Source: Lama guanicoe
Lineage: Eukaryota
Assembly (NCBI GenBank): GCA_013239625.1
Contig: MU054323.1
Coordinates: forward strand, 18,556,819 to 18,620,818
Reading direction: 5' to 3'
DNA length: 64,000 nucleotides
Shown here: positions 51,447 to 64,000 of the stretch, one piece after another
How the letters are laid out: every line of letters begins with the position of its first letter
How positions within the stretch are numbered: position 1 is the first letter of the stretch
Position numbers and translations under genes: made by a program
The notes under the pieces: generated by a model
What the model was told of the DNA's origin: nothing
The model's input: the letters and a program-made list of their open reading frames with translations, nothing else
The model's database searches: none

Positions 51447-51619
51447 CGAAAACAAACAAACAAAATCTTACTTTCGTAAATTTTGCCAAATCATATAATC
51501 ATGTGAACATGTTGCCAGGGCCTGGGAGGAGATCTGTGGATGTGAGCGTCTCTGGACATAAGCTTCCTTAGCTTCACAGACCATCCACTTTTGAGTACCA
51601 CCCTGACAATCCACCCTTG

Positions 51620-51775
51620 TTATTGTCTCTGTTACACACAATGAAAAAACTGAGGCACAGAGACATTAAGTAACTTGCTGTGGTCACACAGTAAGTGGCA
51701 GAGCTGGGATGTGAATCCAGGCAGCTTTGTCTCCAGAACCACTGTTCTTTTTACCATGACAACATAACGCCTCTT
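51620..51775 (-). mobile_element. MIR SINE
   Basis: aaactgaggcacagagacattaagtaacttgc...ggtcacacagtaagtggcagagctgggatgtgaatccaggcag is the MIR core. Confidence 0.85.
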
Positions 51776-52299
51776 AGAGATACTTCCTGTTTCTGAGAAA
51801 TATGGAGAAAATGCCTCTCCTTATTTCCATTATAGGAGCCACAGTTACGTTCTGACTGGCTGAAATAAAGTGCTGATGGCAAAAAATGAAAATATACAAT
51901 GATTAGTCAAATATTTACACATTATTAGTGACAACAAAGTTACTCTATTTACTTACATATTTTATCTTTTAAAATCTAAATTTAAAATATATAATCACCC
52001 AAGAAATATATTGAGAAAAGCATATATGATATGAAAATTCTGAGTGTTTAAAAGTAAAAGTGACATCTCGGACCCTCAGAACCTTATAACCTAATAAACC
52101 AAGGGTGCATACAAAGGGGGTGGGTGTGTGAGGTCACCATAAATCTACAAACAGCATGAGAAATTATGTGGGAAGCTTCAGCATTCAGAGAGGAGAGAAA
52201 ACATAATCCTAATCGTCACAAAACAATAGCTATGTTAAACCAAACCAAAACAGAAGAAAAGAAAAAAAACTGACAGATTGCTAACCTTCTAGTCCAAGA

Positions 52300-52732
52300 T
52301 CCTGTTAGTAACAGGTCCCCCAGTTTTAACTGCTTAGAATAAAGTGTTCTTTGCAGTAAAGTGTAGCCACATGCCTGAGTTCTGCCTGATGAGGTGGAAA
52401 CAGAAGTGTCATGTCATGTGACAACTTACAGAAAACCTCTTAAAAGACAGCTGACATGTTCCCTTTGTTTTTCTCTTCCCCTTTCTCCTTTCTGCTGGCT
52501 TGAATGCAGACCATGGCTGGAATCTGAGCAGCCACAACGATCCATGAGACAGCACACTCAGGTTGGCAAAGCATCAAGACAGATCACAAAATCTAGTGAT
52601 CACAAAATCACTTTCTCAGCCCTGAACTGCTTATCTCCAGATTATGTTCACCAGAGATAAAGAGACCACTATCTTAGATAAGAAATGATTATTTTTGGTT
52701 TCTGTCATTTGCAAGTGAACTTAATGCTGATA
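52300..52732. mobile_element. Old ERVL/MaLR-type LTR relic
   Basis: gccacatgcctgagttctg...gaagtgtcatg...ctggcttgaatgcagac...atggctgga...gcagcca...gtttctgtcatttgca resembles LTR16/MLT1-class LTRs. Confidence 0.45.
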
Positions 52733-55700
52733 AAAACGTTTATTGCGATTGCTGACCCCAACCATCATCCTGTTAAAAAAATTTCATAGTACAGATCAGA
52801 TATAAATGTAACTCAACATGAGATGACTACACTTTAATGCATGATCATTATGCATCCAAGGAAAATTAGCCCTCACAAACTGCCACTTTGGGAGAAAACA
52901 TGATTATTATTCCAACTGTACTGCTACTAGTTGAACGAGTGTTAAGAGAATTTTCCTTTGGAATTGTGTTTAAATGATTTCCTTAGACACTTTATTCTAA
53001 ATAAGATCTCTGTGGTGGACATTTATTGGGTTATTTTCTCTTCTAAGTATTTGATACTCTGCCTTTGTTGGGGGAATTCTCAACCTTGTGAATTTAGGTA
53101 ACTCCTTCTGCCCTCTCTAGTCTTCCATCAAGATTTATTTTCCCCTGCGTAACTTTTTTTTCTCACTAGATTACTGATTTAGTATAAAAGGCAACAAAGG
53201 AAATGAATCAACAGCCAGATAAAGAGACACATTAGGTGAGGGACCCTCTCTTTTTCTGGAGTGTGGGGCTTGGCACAGAGACACGTGGAAAAGGTCTGTC
53301 TCCCCAGTGGAAAAGCTCTCCTAAATAAAGGCCTCCCGTGCCTCACTTATCAACATTACCCCATACCTTCCTCTAGATTGGAAGCACCATGGCGGGGAGA
53401 GGCTATATCTTCTTGTTTCGCTAAACCCCAGGGCCTGGTGCGTAACTATGCTTGGTAGATCATGGTGTCCAGTAATTATTATTCAGTCACTACGTGTTAA
53501 GGCAGAGTTCATTTTTCACCATAGATATTGACAAGTCTAGACACTTGCCTGACTGGCCCCTGGGCACCTAGTATATGGGCACATAACCTACCATCACCAG
53601 CCGGAGGCACTCGGTTCTGCCTCTCCGTGGAGAGGTCTCACAGAGCCTGCATTCTGGAGTGGTGGGAGCAGCAGCAACACCCACTTTCTAGGTGCAGCAG
53701 TGAAGGGAGTGCCCTTCAGAAGGACTAGCATTATCCAGCCCAGGAGGAGCAGTGATGCAAGCTTGGTGCCCAGAAAGATTTGTGATGTCCTAGCACGGGT
53801 AGAATCTGGCTGTCCGCTGCCCATCGTCCCTCGTTCCTACTCATGCTCCAAGCCTCCTTCTCCACTCTTCCCACGGATGCTACGAGCTTCCCAGGATCCT
53901 CACACTAAATTACTTTTGTGTAACCTTATCATAGAAGACTTCCCTGATGATTCTACATAAATAGCACCCCCTAGCACTTCCTGACTTCATCATCCAAATC
54001 TAGTGAGAAGGGTTTGAGAGCTTAAAGTGTGTCTTCTAGAATTTGGGGAACATATTGTCTGACATACCTTCAAAAAGTCAAAGGTGAGAGTTGGAAGTGT
54101 CACCCAAGTTAGGGCAGAGGGAGAGGGGGCCGAGGTCTGTATTCAGGACTTAAGGGAACAACCACAGGCAGCATTCAAAGGTTGTGTTAAGTGCTTCCTG
54201 TGGACTAGATGTGGGCCACAAACACAAGAGAACTGGTGCAAGGTCATGTTTGGTTCTATACATTAGGGCCACCCCACCTGGTGTGTGATGGCACCTAAGC
54301 GGAAGGACACAGCAGAAGGAGATGTGGGGCCAAATCAACAAAAAATGCAATGAATGGCTTACATCTTGGGAATTATAATTTAATGTATCCCCTGCTGAGA
54401 TTTCTTAAGAAGCCAAGACAATTCCCCAGACACAGGATCAGACTTTGCCTGACTTTGAGAAGTCATGCTTCTAAAGAATTCTAACTCAACTCTGGTTTAG
54501 CACGAACCGAGGGGGAGGGGGAGAAGCCAGCAGGCAAGGAAATATCTGTCTTTCTCCGTCTCTTCCAGCTCTCACGATGCAAGTTATTAGCCTACAGCCT
54601 GCCTCCACGGGGCCCAGGGAGAGGGACTCAACCTCATATCAAATTAAACTGATAATCATCATCCCAATCATCATATGGGACCATGCGTTCTGCTTTCTGA
54701 GCCAGGACTATGTTAATGTCTTGAAGTGATTACGGAACTTCTATTGACAATTGCCTTTTATCACTTACTGACCAGGTTTGTATCTAGATTTAAAAGAACA
54801 GTGGGAGGAAGAACATCGTTGCTTTCAGGATAATTTCCTATAAGTCCTGTTTGTTGTTCAAATTATCAGCTACTTTTAAATATCAGGGGATGTTAAGCAA
54901 ACAATGAAGCAGATGATACGTTCTTCCTCATGTTGGATATCTTCCCCTCTTTTATCTCAGGGATCATTGCTGTCATTTTGTTCTGACTTCTCCCATCAAA
55001 CGAAAACACACAATGAACAAACAGGTTTTTTTTTTTTAATTGAATACTCTTAATTGTGTTACTAGTGGGTAAATCGGTTGCTCTCTCTAGAATAATTACC
55101 ACTTCAAAGCAATCCCCTGGAAAATAGTCTTAATAAAAAGTAATCCATCTCTGCTGGAATTTCAAGTGAAACAGAGAAGGCATTTTATATGTGGCATCTT
55201 TCCATCATACCATGAAGAAAATTTCATATATGATCTGACCATATCAGGCATTCAGTATTTGTTGAATGAATAAATGATAAAGAAATTGCTCTTATACAAA
55301 TGGCACAGTTGGTGGATGTGATGTAAATGCAAATTCTGAGATCTGGGGAAATTGGTGGAGAGTGAAGCAAATCACTTTTGTAGGATAAGAGAATCAATGC
55401 ATGTAGAATGTAGGTGCAGACATTTAATCATAGGAGCAAAATCAACCCATTCACGCTTGGAGAACCTATACTAATCATGAAAAAGCAGCCTGCCACATTG
55501 TAAACTAAATACTTCGGGGGATTAATATTAATTAAACTAACAAAGCAGTATCTTTCAGAAAAGAGTCTGTTTCTCCTAAATAAATTAAGTCTTAGAGAAA
55601 GCATCAATTAGTCAATAATTATTTATTGGAAGCCTGTTAAGTGATCAATACTGGGGAAAATGACATAGAATCTAAAAATCCCTCAGTAGTGTATCCATTA

Positions 55701-58353
55701 CTTGTGATTTTAATGGAATAATTCACAGTCAAACATTTTCCATGTTTTTCCTATTCAGTTGCATTTTGGGTTGTCTCATAGATACCTCAATTTCAGAGAT
55801 GGAAGGGATTTTTAAAAATGCTTCACTAGTATTCAGCCTAAATTTTGCCAAATGTAATTCTTTACACACTGGACGTGAATGCTTACCATAAGTGACGTGC
55901 TTGGTAATTCATTGGAAAATAGGTTATACCTGATGATGACACGGTTTAAATCACGTATGACTGTTGCAAATATTATGTAACTGTTTAAATGTGTCCTTGC
56001 ATGGTATTATATCCTTTTCTGTTGTCTATCCTTATACATTTTCACTTTGTTGGTATGGAACTGCTATATTCATTCAAAAAGGCCTTTAAAATTTGGTGGC
56101 TATTTTCTCTTCACTCAGCTCAATGTCACTTCTTTAAGAAAACTTTCTCTGATGGTCCAGAGGTAGGGTTCCCCTGCTACATACACTATACTCCTCGTAA
56201 TGAGAGAAAATTATAAAATTCATGTTTAATATGTAGATCTGGGCTGCAGTGTAATCTCATCAAGGCCAGAGAATGTTCAGTCTGGCTCTCCCAGCATCTA
56301 GCATAGTAGATACACTAGGTAGGTACACCTAGCATATTACGTAAGCTGCATTTGAGATGCCTAATAAATTATTACATGAATTAATAAATTCAACAAATAA
56401 TAATTGAGAACCCATTTCGTGTTTCCCTTAACTGTGCCAATTATAAAATAGCCATTGTTTGACTTCAGACCATTTTTCTTGGCCAACCTACTATTCTACC
56501 TCATCTGAGATGGCCAATTTCATACTCCAAGCCTCTTAAGAATAATTTTCTTTTATTCATTCAATAAGAATTTGTTTTCACCTCTTATGTGTGAAGGCGA
56601 ATTTATTTTCTGAATTTTCTGTTTCTTTGATAATGTGCTACCTATCAGCTAATAAAATCATTCCAAATTATTTGACTTGGAAGAGTCATTAAAGACTACA
56701 TAGTCCAATTTTTTTTTTGAATAAAGTATTTTCTTCCATAACACATCTCAAAATTAGTTGTCTGACACTCGTTGAACACTTTCAATCACCCTAAAGAAAC
56801 TCACTTCTTTGCAACAAAGCCCAACCTTGTGCTGCACCTGTTACATGATTGGAAACCTCTTTACACTGTCCTGAACTCTTCCACATTGTAAAGGCTCCTA
56901 TAGCAGCTGTTGTCGCACTCTGAGCAAAACCCTCAGCTTCTGTATGATGGGCCTTTCTGTATTGGAACGGAGCTCCTACACCTTCTCAAATACATTTAAA
57001 CACCTGTGGCTCCTCCACTTGTTCGTCATTGAACTTCCGATCTGATGTTCTGCCTTACTGATCATTTATATTTTACTAACTCCTTAAAAATGTGGTGTCC
57101 AAAGTAAATACAGTATTAGTATTCCCCAGATGATCAATTTAGTGCTTTGAACAGTATGAATTTTGCCTTATGTGAACTTCATAAGGATCCTAGGATTCTA
57201 TATTAACTCACTGGCAGTTTGTCCGAAGATAACAGGGGATGATAACCACACTGTTTTCATGAGTTAGATTGTGCTCGGTGCTATGGAAAAAATGAACAGC
57301 TCAATAACTGGGAGAGGCGCAGTTCTATTTCATCAATTCATTTCCCTTCACAAATGTCAATAGTAATGAACCTATCAACCACTGCTTTGGATTGATCTAA
57401 GTGTCTGCTCCACATTCTCTACCTTGACAGGCTAGTGATACAAAACAGTAACATTGTTTATGGTACAGATGTTTAAAGGAATGATCAACAAATTTATTCA
57501 ATGTATTCCAGAAAATATAGTCATGACACACAATGGCTAATATAGACAGTGAAAGAGCGTACTGATGTCTTTTGCTTCAGTCTGAGTATCAAATATGGTG
57601 GAATTTATTTCAGCAGGTCCCTGGATCTGGGTGCTTAATTAGATCATGTCCTATGAAATCTAATTTTACCATTAAACAATTAAGATATATCTCTGTTTCT
57701 AAAAATAAGTACTATATTCCACAATGTGTTTTATATATGAGCCATCCTATGTTTAATTTTTAAAGTTATCACATTTTTGGAAGACACAGAAGATAACATA
57801 CTAATGAATAAAAGTTATAAAGCACATGTAGAAAATGGGAAAATATGACCAGAACACCATATGAATGAGGTTTCTTATTGGTATTATCCTAGTCTATTAT
57901 ATAGGATATTGTATTGTATAGGATAACTTTCAACAGAAGTTACATAAATTGTTTTTGAGAAGAAGGTGGTATAAATACAACAAATATTGTTGAAATATCC
58001 ACTTTTTAAAAAATTGCTCAATCAATGATGCAATGTGTGTAGGAAATATGCCAGGCAGTCCAGTTGTCAGTGGTGAAATTCACATACTGTCAGGCTTCCT
58101 GGAGGAGGTGGCATTAGAGACAAAATACATAAGATGTATCATACTACTAAATAATGTTTTACCACCACTCAGGTTTTCTCCTTAAGATTTGACAATTTTC
58201 AACACTTTAGAGCCATAATGTACATTTCCCCCAAGTATCCCAGAAATGACTTTAGTCATAGAAGATTGAAAGAAATATTTCACATCTGTCTCACTTTTTT
58301 AATTCTCCAATTAATATAGAGTCTAGTTTGCATTGCCTTTATGAAACTAATAC

Positions 58354-58417
58354 CTCAGAGATTTTAGTAACCTTTCTTTCTTTCTTTCTTTTCTTTTCTT
58401 TTTCTTCTTTCTTTCTT

Positions 58418-58489
<72 letters not shown>

Positions 58490-58497
58490 GGCTATAA
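58354..58497 (-). other. SLC8A1: Candidate additional non-coding 5'-UTR exon of SLC8A1
   Basis: Minus-strand acceptor TTTTTCCCTCTGTCTGCAG|TTATAG (AG at 58499-58498) and donor GAG|GTATTA (58354/58353); no ATG inside. It lies upstream of the CpG-island exon, where the other known NCX1 alternative first exons are expected. Confidence 0.4.
58371..58484 (+). repeat. Pure polypyrimidine run: (CTTT)-like repeats followed by T65
   Basis: 114 nt with no purine; uninterrupted T from 58420 to 58484. Confidence 0.95.
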
Positions 58498-60019
58498 CTG
58501 CAGACAGAGGGAAAAATGTTAATTCTCACTACTCAAACCAGAGAACCAGCAGCTTAACTGATGTACTTCCTCAAAAAGAAGCAAGAGTGCCAGCTCTCAC
58601 TACTTTAGTGTTTACTCTGAATGCGAGGAGAGAGGAATAGGAGTGAAAGCAGCCCACTGCGGTGCCTGCTGACTCAGACCAGATTTCCCGTCGCTGCTAA
58701 AAAAACGCAGAGCTGGGCTGCGTAACTGACAAAGCTTGCTGGTCAGCCTTGGCCTTGAAACAGACACTTGGGCTTAAGCACTTTTTCATGCTCCAGTAAG
58801 TACATTTTTAATAGACAGATAACACCGTCTTAATCTCCGATATTGCTTCATGGAAAAACAATACAACCAGTCCCAAGGAAGGAGAATTTTAAAATAATAA
58901 TGAGGAGAAGTGAGGTTAAAAAGTTCACAGCCAGCTGACGGTGTATCTGGCTTGGAGTTTAGCATTAACTTCCAGATAGGAATGAGCCTTTGAGTCAACG
59001 TTTACCCTTTTAGAAGCAAGAGCTATTAAAAGGTGGATAGACAGGAAAGGAAAGGTCTTTGTACATGTGAGAAATATCACAAGATTAGATGAAATGCCAG
59101 ACTAGCCTTTGCTGTTACCACAAGGGGGACAACTTCTGTGGACAGAAATAGACTGAAAGAAAGAGAAGGGTTTTTTTGTTTTGTTTTGTTTTTTTAAAAT
59201 CCATATTCCCCTTCTCCCTTCTCCCCCAAGCTCACTGAGAAGGCTAGTAAAGATTGTAAACGTCAGAGAATTGCCATGAGAGAATTTAGGAGATGTGTCA
59301 TCAATACACTCTTAGGATTGACACTTGCCTTCTTATTTCATAGATATTCAGGCACATTCTGTTGCAACAGGATTCCCAAACTGCTCACTCTCAAGTTGTT
59401 TCTTTCTTTCTTTCTTTTTTCTCTTGAGAGTCTGTTCAGCACATGGAAAGAACAAGCATGTTCCCTTTTAACTGTCAAAAGGGAAGTCTCATCAGACAGT
59501 GTACTTTTGAACAAAACCAACTGTTTCTTTCTCTTTTTTTTTTTTAAACAGTAAAGTGACCAAAGGCTGGGGCGGGGGGAACTGGAAGAGGGTGGGGAGA
59601 GGAAAAGCAGAGCAAAGACCCTTACTCTAAGCCACTGGTCTCCTCATTTATATTTTGTTTTCCTTCCACCCTGAATCATCTTTACTTGTGAGGGTTACTT
59701 AAGCTCACAGGCGTTCTTTCCTTGTGTCGTTTTAGTGTGATGTATCATCTGATTTCTTTCCTTGACTGAGATTTTTCTGGCCTGTGCTCATGTCTTAGAA
59801 TTCTCAATATTGTCACTGAGCATCCCCTCATTGCAACATTTCAGTGAAAGTGGGGAGAGGATACACGGTGCTCTGGGACTGAGCCTTCCATCAGCACTGG
59901 TGTAGACTGCGGTGCTCTATGAGAGGATGGCTCTGTGATAAAGACTGTGGGTTTGGAAGTAGAAGATCTATGTCAGAATCCCACAAGGCAATCATTATTT
60001 TACTAACAGTAATCCTCTG

Positions 60020-60235
60020 ATGATGATAATTGTCGTTGATGGAGTGTTTACCCTGTGTCAGGCAGGGCATTAAGTGCTTTGCAAATGTCGGAGCTGCTGC
60101 ATCGACCTAGGAGACTCTCAGGACCCCCGTTTCACAGAGGGGATACCAAGGCTTAGAGAGCTTAAGAGACCAGCCTTTGGCGACACACTGCCAGTAATTT
60201 ACAACAGAAGCTGAATCAGAAATCAGGTCTGTCTG
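60020..60235 (-). mobile_element. MIR relic
   Basis: tgtgtcaggcagggcattaagtgctttgca...ccccgtttcacagaggg...aggcttagagagcttaag...caggtctgtctga. Confidence 0.6.
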
Positions 60236-60979
60236 ATTGTTCAGTTTCATCGTCTGTAAAACAAAGGTACCTCAAATTTTGCCATGCTTAAATGGGATTA
60301 CGAGAACCTTGTAAACCAAAAGGAAATCCGTATGCAAAAGTATTTGTGTTAAGGTCAACGTGACGTATAGACTGGGTGCAGAACAGGGTCCTCAAAAGGT
60401 GGGGTACAAGGCAGAGGAAAGTAGGAACAACTTTCCTCCCCAAGGTCATGCTTCTGTGTTTTTCACAAACCCAAAAGTCTCTCCTCCACTTTTTCTGACA
60501 CAGCGTTACTCTGTTAAGATGCCAGAGCAGCATTTTCAATTCTGGTGGGAAGAGGACTGTGGCATATTGTTGGAAGGGGAAGTGGGGGAAGAGACGCAGT
60601 TCCACTGTGGGATTAGAACACTTTGGTGGAAGGAGACTGGAGAGAAGGAAGCTTGAGGGCGGAAGAACAGACAGACCCAGTCCTTTCCCTGGAGAAAGAT
60701 ACAGCACTTAACTCCTCAGTATCTGCTCTAACAAGAGCCATTAAATGTCTTCCTAAATATCCACGGGGTTAATCTCTGAGCAGGGAAAGGATCAGAACGT
60801 TTTTTGCCAGGATTCTCTCATAGAAACAATCCCCCAACTTTGGCCAACAAAATACTTTTCTGAATCCCCAGGGAACCAACACGGTGTCACCTTATTAAAA
60901 AGACAGTGCTCAGATTTTACAGCCCAAAGTGAACTGAGGAAACTCACTCACCCTCACATGATGATCTCTGATTTAAAAT

Positions 60980-61118
60980 TTTTTTTTAATTATTTCACTG
61001 TGGCAAAATACACGTAACAAAACTGTCTTAACCATTTTTAGATGTCTAGTTAGTTCAGTGGTATTCAAGATGTCCATATAATTGTGCAACCGTCACCATC
61101 CTCCATCCCCAGAATTCA
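60980..61118 (-). mobile_element. L1 3' end fragment (antisense)
   Basis: tgtggcaaaatacacgtaacaaaa...ttaaccattttta...gttcagtggtatt...ttgtgcaaccgtcaccatc...ccagaa. Confidence 0.7.
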
Positions 61119-61680
61119 TTTGCAACAGCATGGATGAAACTAGAGGACAATATGCTAAATGAAATAAGCCAGACACAGACAGACAGGTGCTGTATGATCT
61201 CACTTACATGGGGAATCAAAAAAAAAACAAAACCCACAACCAAAACCAAACCAAACAAGAACACCAAATTCATAGAAAAGAGATCAGACTTGTGGTTACC
61301 AAAGGCAGAGGGAGCGGGGGGGGGGACGGAATTGGAGGAAGGTGGTCAAAAGGTATAAACTTCCAGTTATAAGATATAAGCACAAGGGACATAACGTACA
61401 ACATGACGGGTAGCGCTAACACTGACATGTGATAGACAGGAGAGGTACTAAGATGGTGAATCTTAAGAGTTCTTATCACAAGGAGGAAAATTTTTCTTTT
61501 TCTTTTTTCCTCTCATTTCTTTTTGTTGTATCTATATGAAGTGATGGAATTTGGCTGAACCTATTTTGACAATCACTTAACATTAAATGTAAATCAAATC
61601 ATCGTGCTGTGTGACCTGAATGCATACAGTCGTGTATGTCAATTATTTCTCAATAAAACTGGAGACCAAAAGAAGCTGAA
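61119..61680 (+). mobile_element. L1 (L1MA-like) 3' UTR fragment
   Basis: tttgcaacagcatggatgaaactagaggac...atgctaaatgaaataagccagacacag...atgatctcactta...ttccagttataag...tatgtcaattatttctcaataaaactgga, with flanking repeat agaattcat. Confidence 0.85.
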
Positions 61681-64000
61681 GAATTCATAGTAACATAGGG
61701 TAGAATAGTGGCTAACAGAGGTCGGTGGTGGGGCGGGGGAAAGGGAGATTAAAAAGGGGGAGGCGGGAAGGAAGGTAGAATGGTGGTTGCCAGGGGCTAG
61801 GGGAAGGGACATTACCATATGCTTCTAACGTTTTTTGTTGTGCCATTAAATTTGTGTTAAAAACAAACACAAAAATCTGTTTCTTCCTTGCCTATCAAGA
61901 CACACTCATGAGAACTCTGATGTCATTAAGTAGATGTAAGTTTTTCTTCTACCAAGAAACTAGTGAAAGTGTGGGGATATTTTACTCATATCCACCGACA
62001 ATATGCATCGTTTCCACATCATCAATCACTCGGAGTGTTTATTATTTATGAGGGCAGATGCAACGTGCTTGACTTTGAAACATGTGGCTCACTGGAAACT
62101 GTGGAGAGATTGCTTTCCTGTTATTGTTTTAACCTTTGATTCTTGAGTTGGATTCTAAATAGAAGCTGTAGCATTTCAGAAGGTAATAAGCACAAGATCA
62201 TTTTGTTGCATAAGTTTTCAGACCTTCATTTATTCCTTTTGTGTTCTCTATTTTTTGGTTTTTCTAAATCTTCTACTCACACATGGAATGCATAAACTGT
62301 GCTTCTTCTTACAGCTACCAATGTGTTTATTCAAGACTGATTAGAACTTCCTAGATACCCAGCATTCCAATAGTGTTAAGGAAACAAAGATGAGTGTCTT
62401 TCAGGTACTTAATGAAATGTCAGTAAGAGAAAAATTCTGTGTGTATGCTGAGGGTGCAAAGTTGAATATAACATGGTCATATTTTGAGATGATTTGTGGG
62501 GACTGGAAGGAGTAATGGAGTCACAACTCTCTATTCAGAGAACCAGGGATGTCCAAGAACAAAACACAAAGTGGAAGACTTATGTCAGTTTAGCGAAGAC
62601 ATCAAACACAAGGTATTAATAACATCAGAAAAAAGAAGCAAAAAATACTGTAAAAAGCACAGTAAAGTTTATGATGACTAACATCTAGTTGGAACATATA
62701 AACAAAGATGCTAATCATATTATACAGAAACATATATATTACACTAGACACAGAATAAGAATATCTACAAATCTACAAAGAGGAATTGATCAGCAATATT
62801 TTCTCAAATCTGGACTTAAAACCCTGCTATTCACTATACTTCCCACGCAATTTCTATTTCTTCAATATAAGAACGTGAAAATGAAAGGCCCAGTGATAAA
62901 ATCTAGAATTTCCATTTAGCATTTGTAAGATCCAAAGACAAACTAACACAAAGGAGGTTCTCTGCATACAAAAAAGGATAATACTGCACAACACTTGAGT
63001 TTCTCCTGCGCACAGAATTTAACCATTGTGAGGGAACTTTGGTGATCATCCGAGTCAAGCTCTTATTTTATGGTTGAAGAAGCTTAGATCCAGAAAATGA
63101 AACTTAGTTTACCACGACCGCAGAACTGGAGAATGGAAGACCCAAGCCTAGCCCCCAGTTCTCCTGCTATCATAACCCAGTGTATTATTACTTTCCCGTA
63201 TTATTCATATCAATGGACAAATAGTCAGGAGCTATATTCTGCATCTGTAATGGGTTTCCCCTTCATTTTCTTTCTCCCACCTTTTTTTTCAATTGATACA
63301 TTTCCCCTTCTTGCAGTTTTGAGAAACGTAGAATCAGATCTGATCTACCCAATTGCGTGTGTGTGCCTTCTAAGTCTGCAAAGCCTCTGCTATCACTCCA
63401 ATCAAATATTTGAATCATTTGGCCCAAATTCTCATACGAGACAGACCTGACAGGTCTAGCTGTCCCACTGCCTTTTACAGATCCATTCATTTCACTTATC
63501 ATTTCTTTTAGGTACCTGAACGTGTTTGTCCTCAATCTAATAGCTCCTTCCTTTGAAAAACGTTTTTCGTGCAAACACTAAAAAATAAACCCCAGGTTCC
63601 AAAGAGGAAACACAAGCATGAGAAATTGCTTTTGAGATTAAATAAATTATAACCAGGTAAAGCCAAACGGGGCCTAGAGACAATTAAGTTCCATCTTTCC
63701 TTTGGCTAACGTTCAGGAAAGTTCATGTCATTCATTTGTGAATGGAATTTCTGTCAACCACTGACAGAGCTGGGATCAGAGGTGAGAGCTCTTGCCTTTC
63801 TGTCTGACGATTTTGGTTATATTTTCTAAGGAAAAATGCAGAGGGAAATACATACGGAAACAGAGACGGGGAACTGTTTGCCAGCTATCATGCTTTTATG
63901 TTTTCCTGCCCGTTATCTCATTTGGCCATCCCTCCCCCACCAAAACCAGTCACGTCTGTATTACTGTCTTTCATTTACACATGAAGAACTGGAGCTAAAC

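Noticed and set aside
58347..58529. Poly-lysine ORF
   Set aside because: Translation of the poly(T)/CTTT tract, with a non-ATG start.
1..64000. CRISPR arrays, operons or other prokaryote-type systems; processed pseudogenes; rRNA/snRNA genes
   Set aside because: The sequence is mammalian intron and promoter DNA. I recognised no regularly spaced repeat-spacer array, second protein homology or structured RNA gene.

Overview
Mammalian genomic DNA, most likely a camelid given six tRNA-derived Vic-1-like SINEs. It covers the 5' part of SLC8A1 (NCX1, Na+/Ca2+ exchanger 1) on the minus strand. The only protein-coding sequence is the large first coding exon (exon 2; 708-2545, ATG at 2506, tandem CAG-TAG acceptor, GTAAGT donor). 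The rest is 5' intron and regulatory sequence. This includes a CpG-island promoter with a probable non-coding first exon (~24036-24220) carrying a strong-context 11-codon uORF, and a candidate further 5'-UTR exon near 58.4 kb that contains a 65-nt A tract. L1, L2, MIR, MER/hAT and LTR relics and microsatellites are scattered throughout. The most conspicuous anomaly is a near-perfect 2.8-kb tandem duplication (5287-10929), either a very recent copy-number variant or an assembly artefact. The most interesting mechanistic lead is an imperfect GU/CA inverted repeat bracketing exon 2, the exon known to form the abundant circSLC8A1 RNA. Back-splicing here would give a 603/604-aa ORF with a novel C-terminus. 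I found no evidence for a wholly new gene system, and the other ORF-track entries look like noise.
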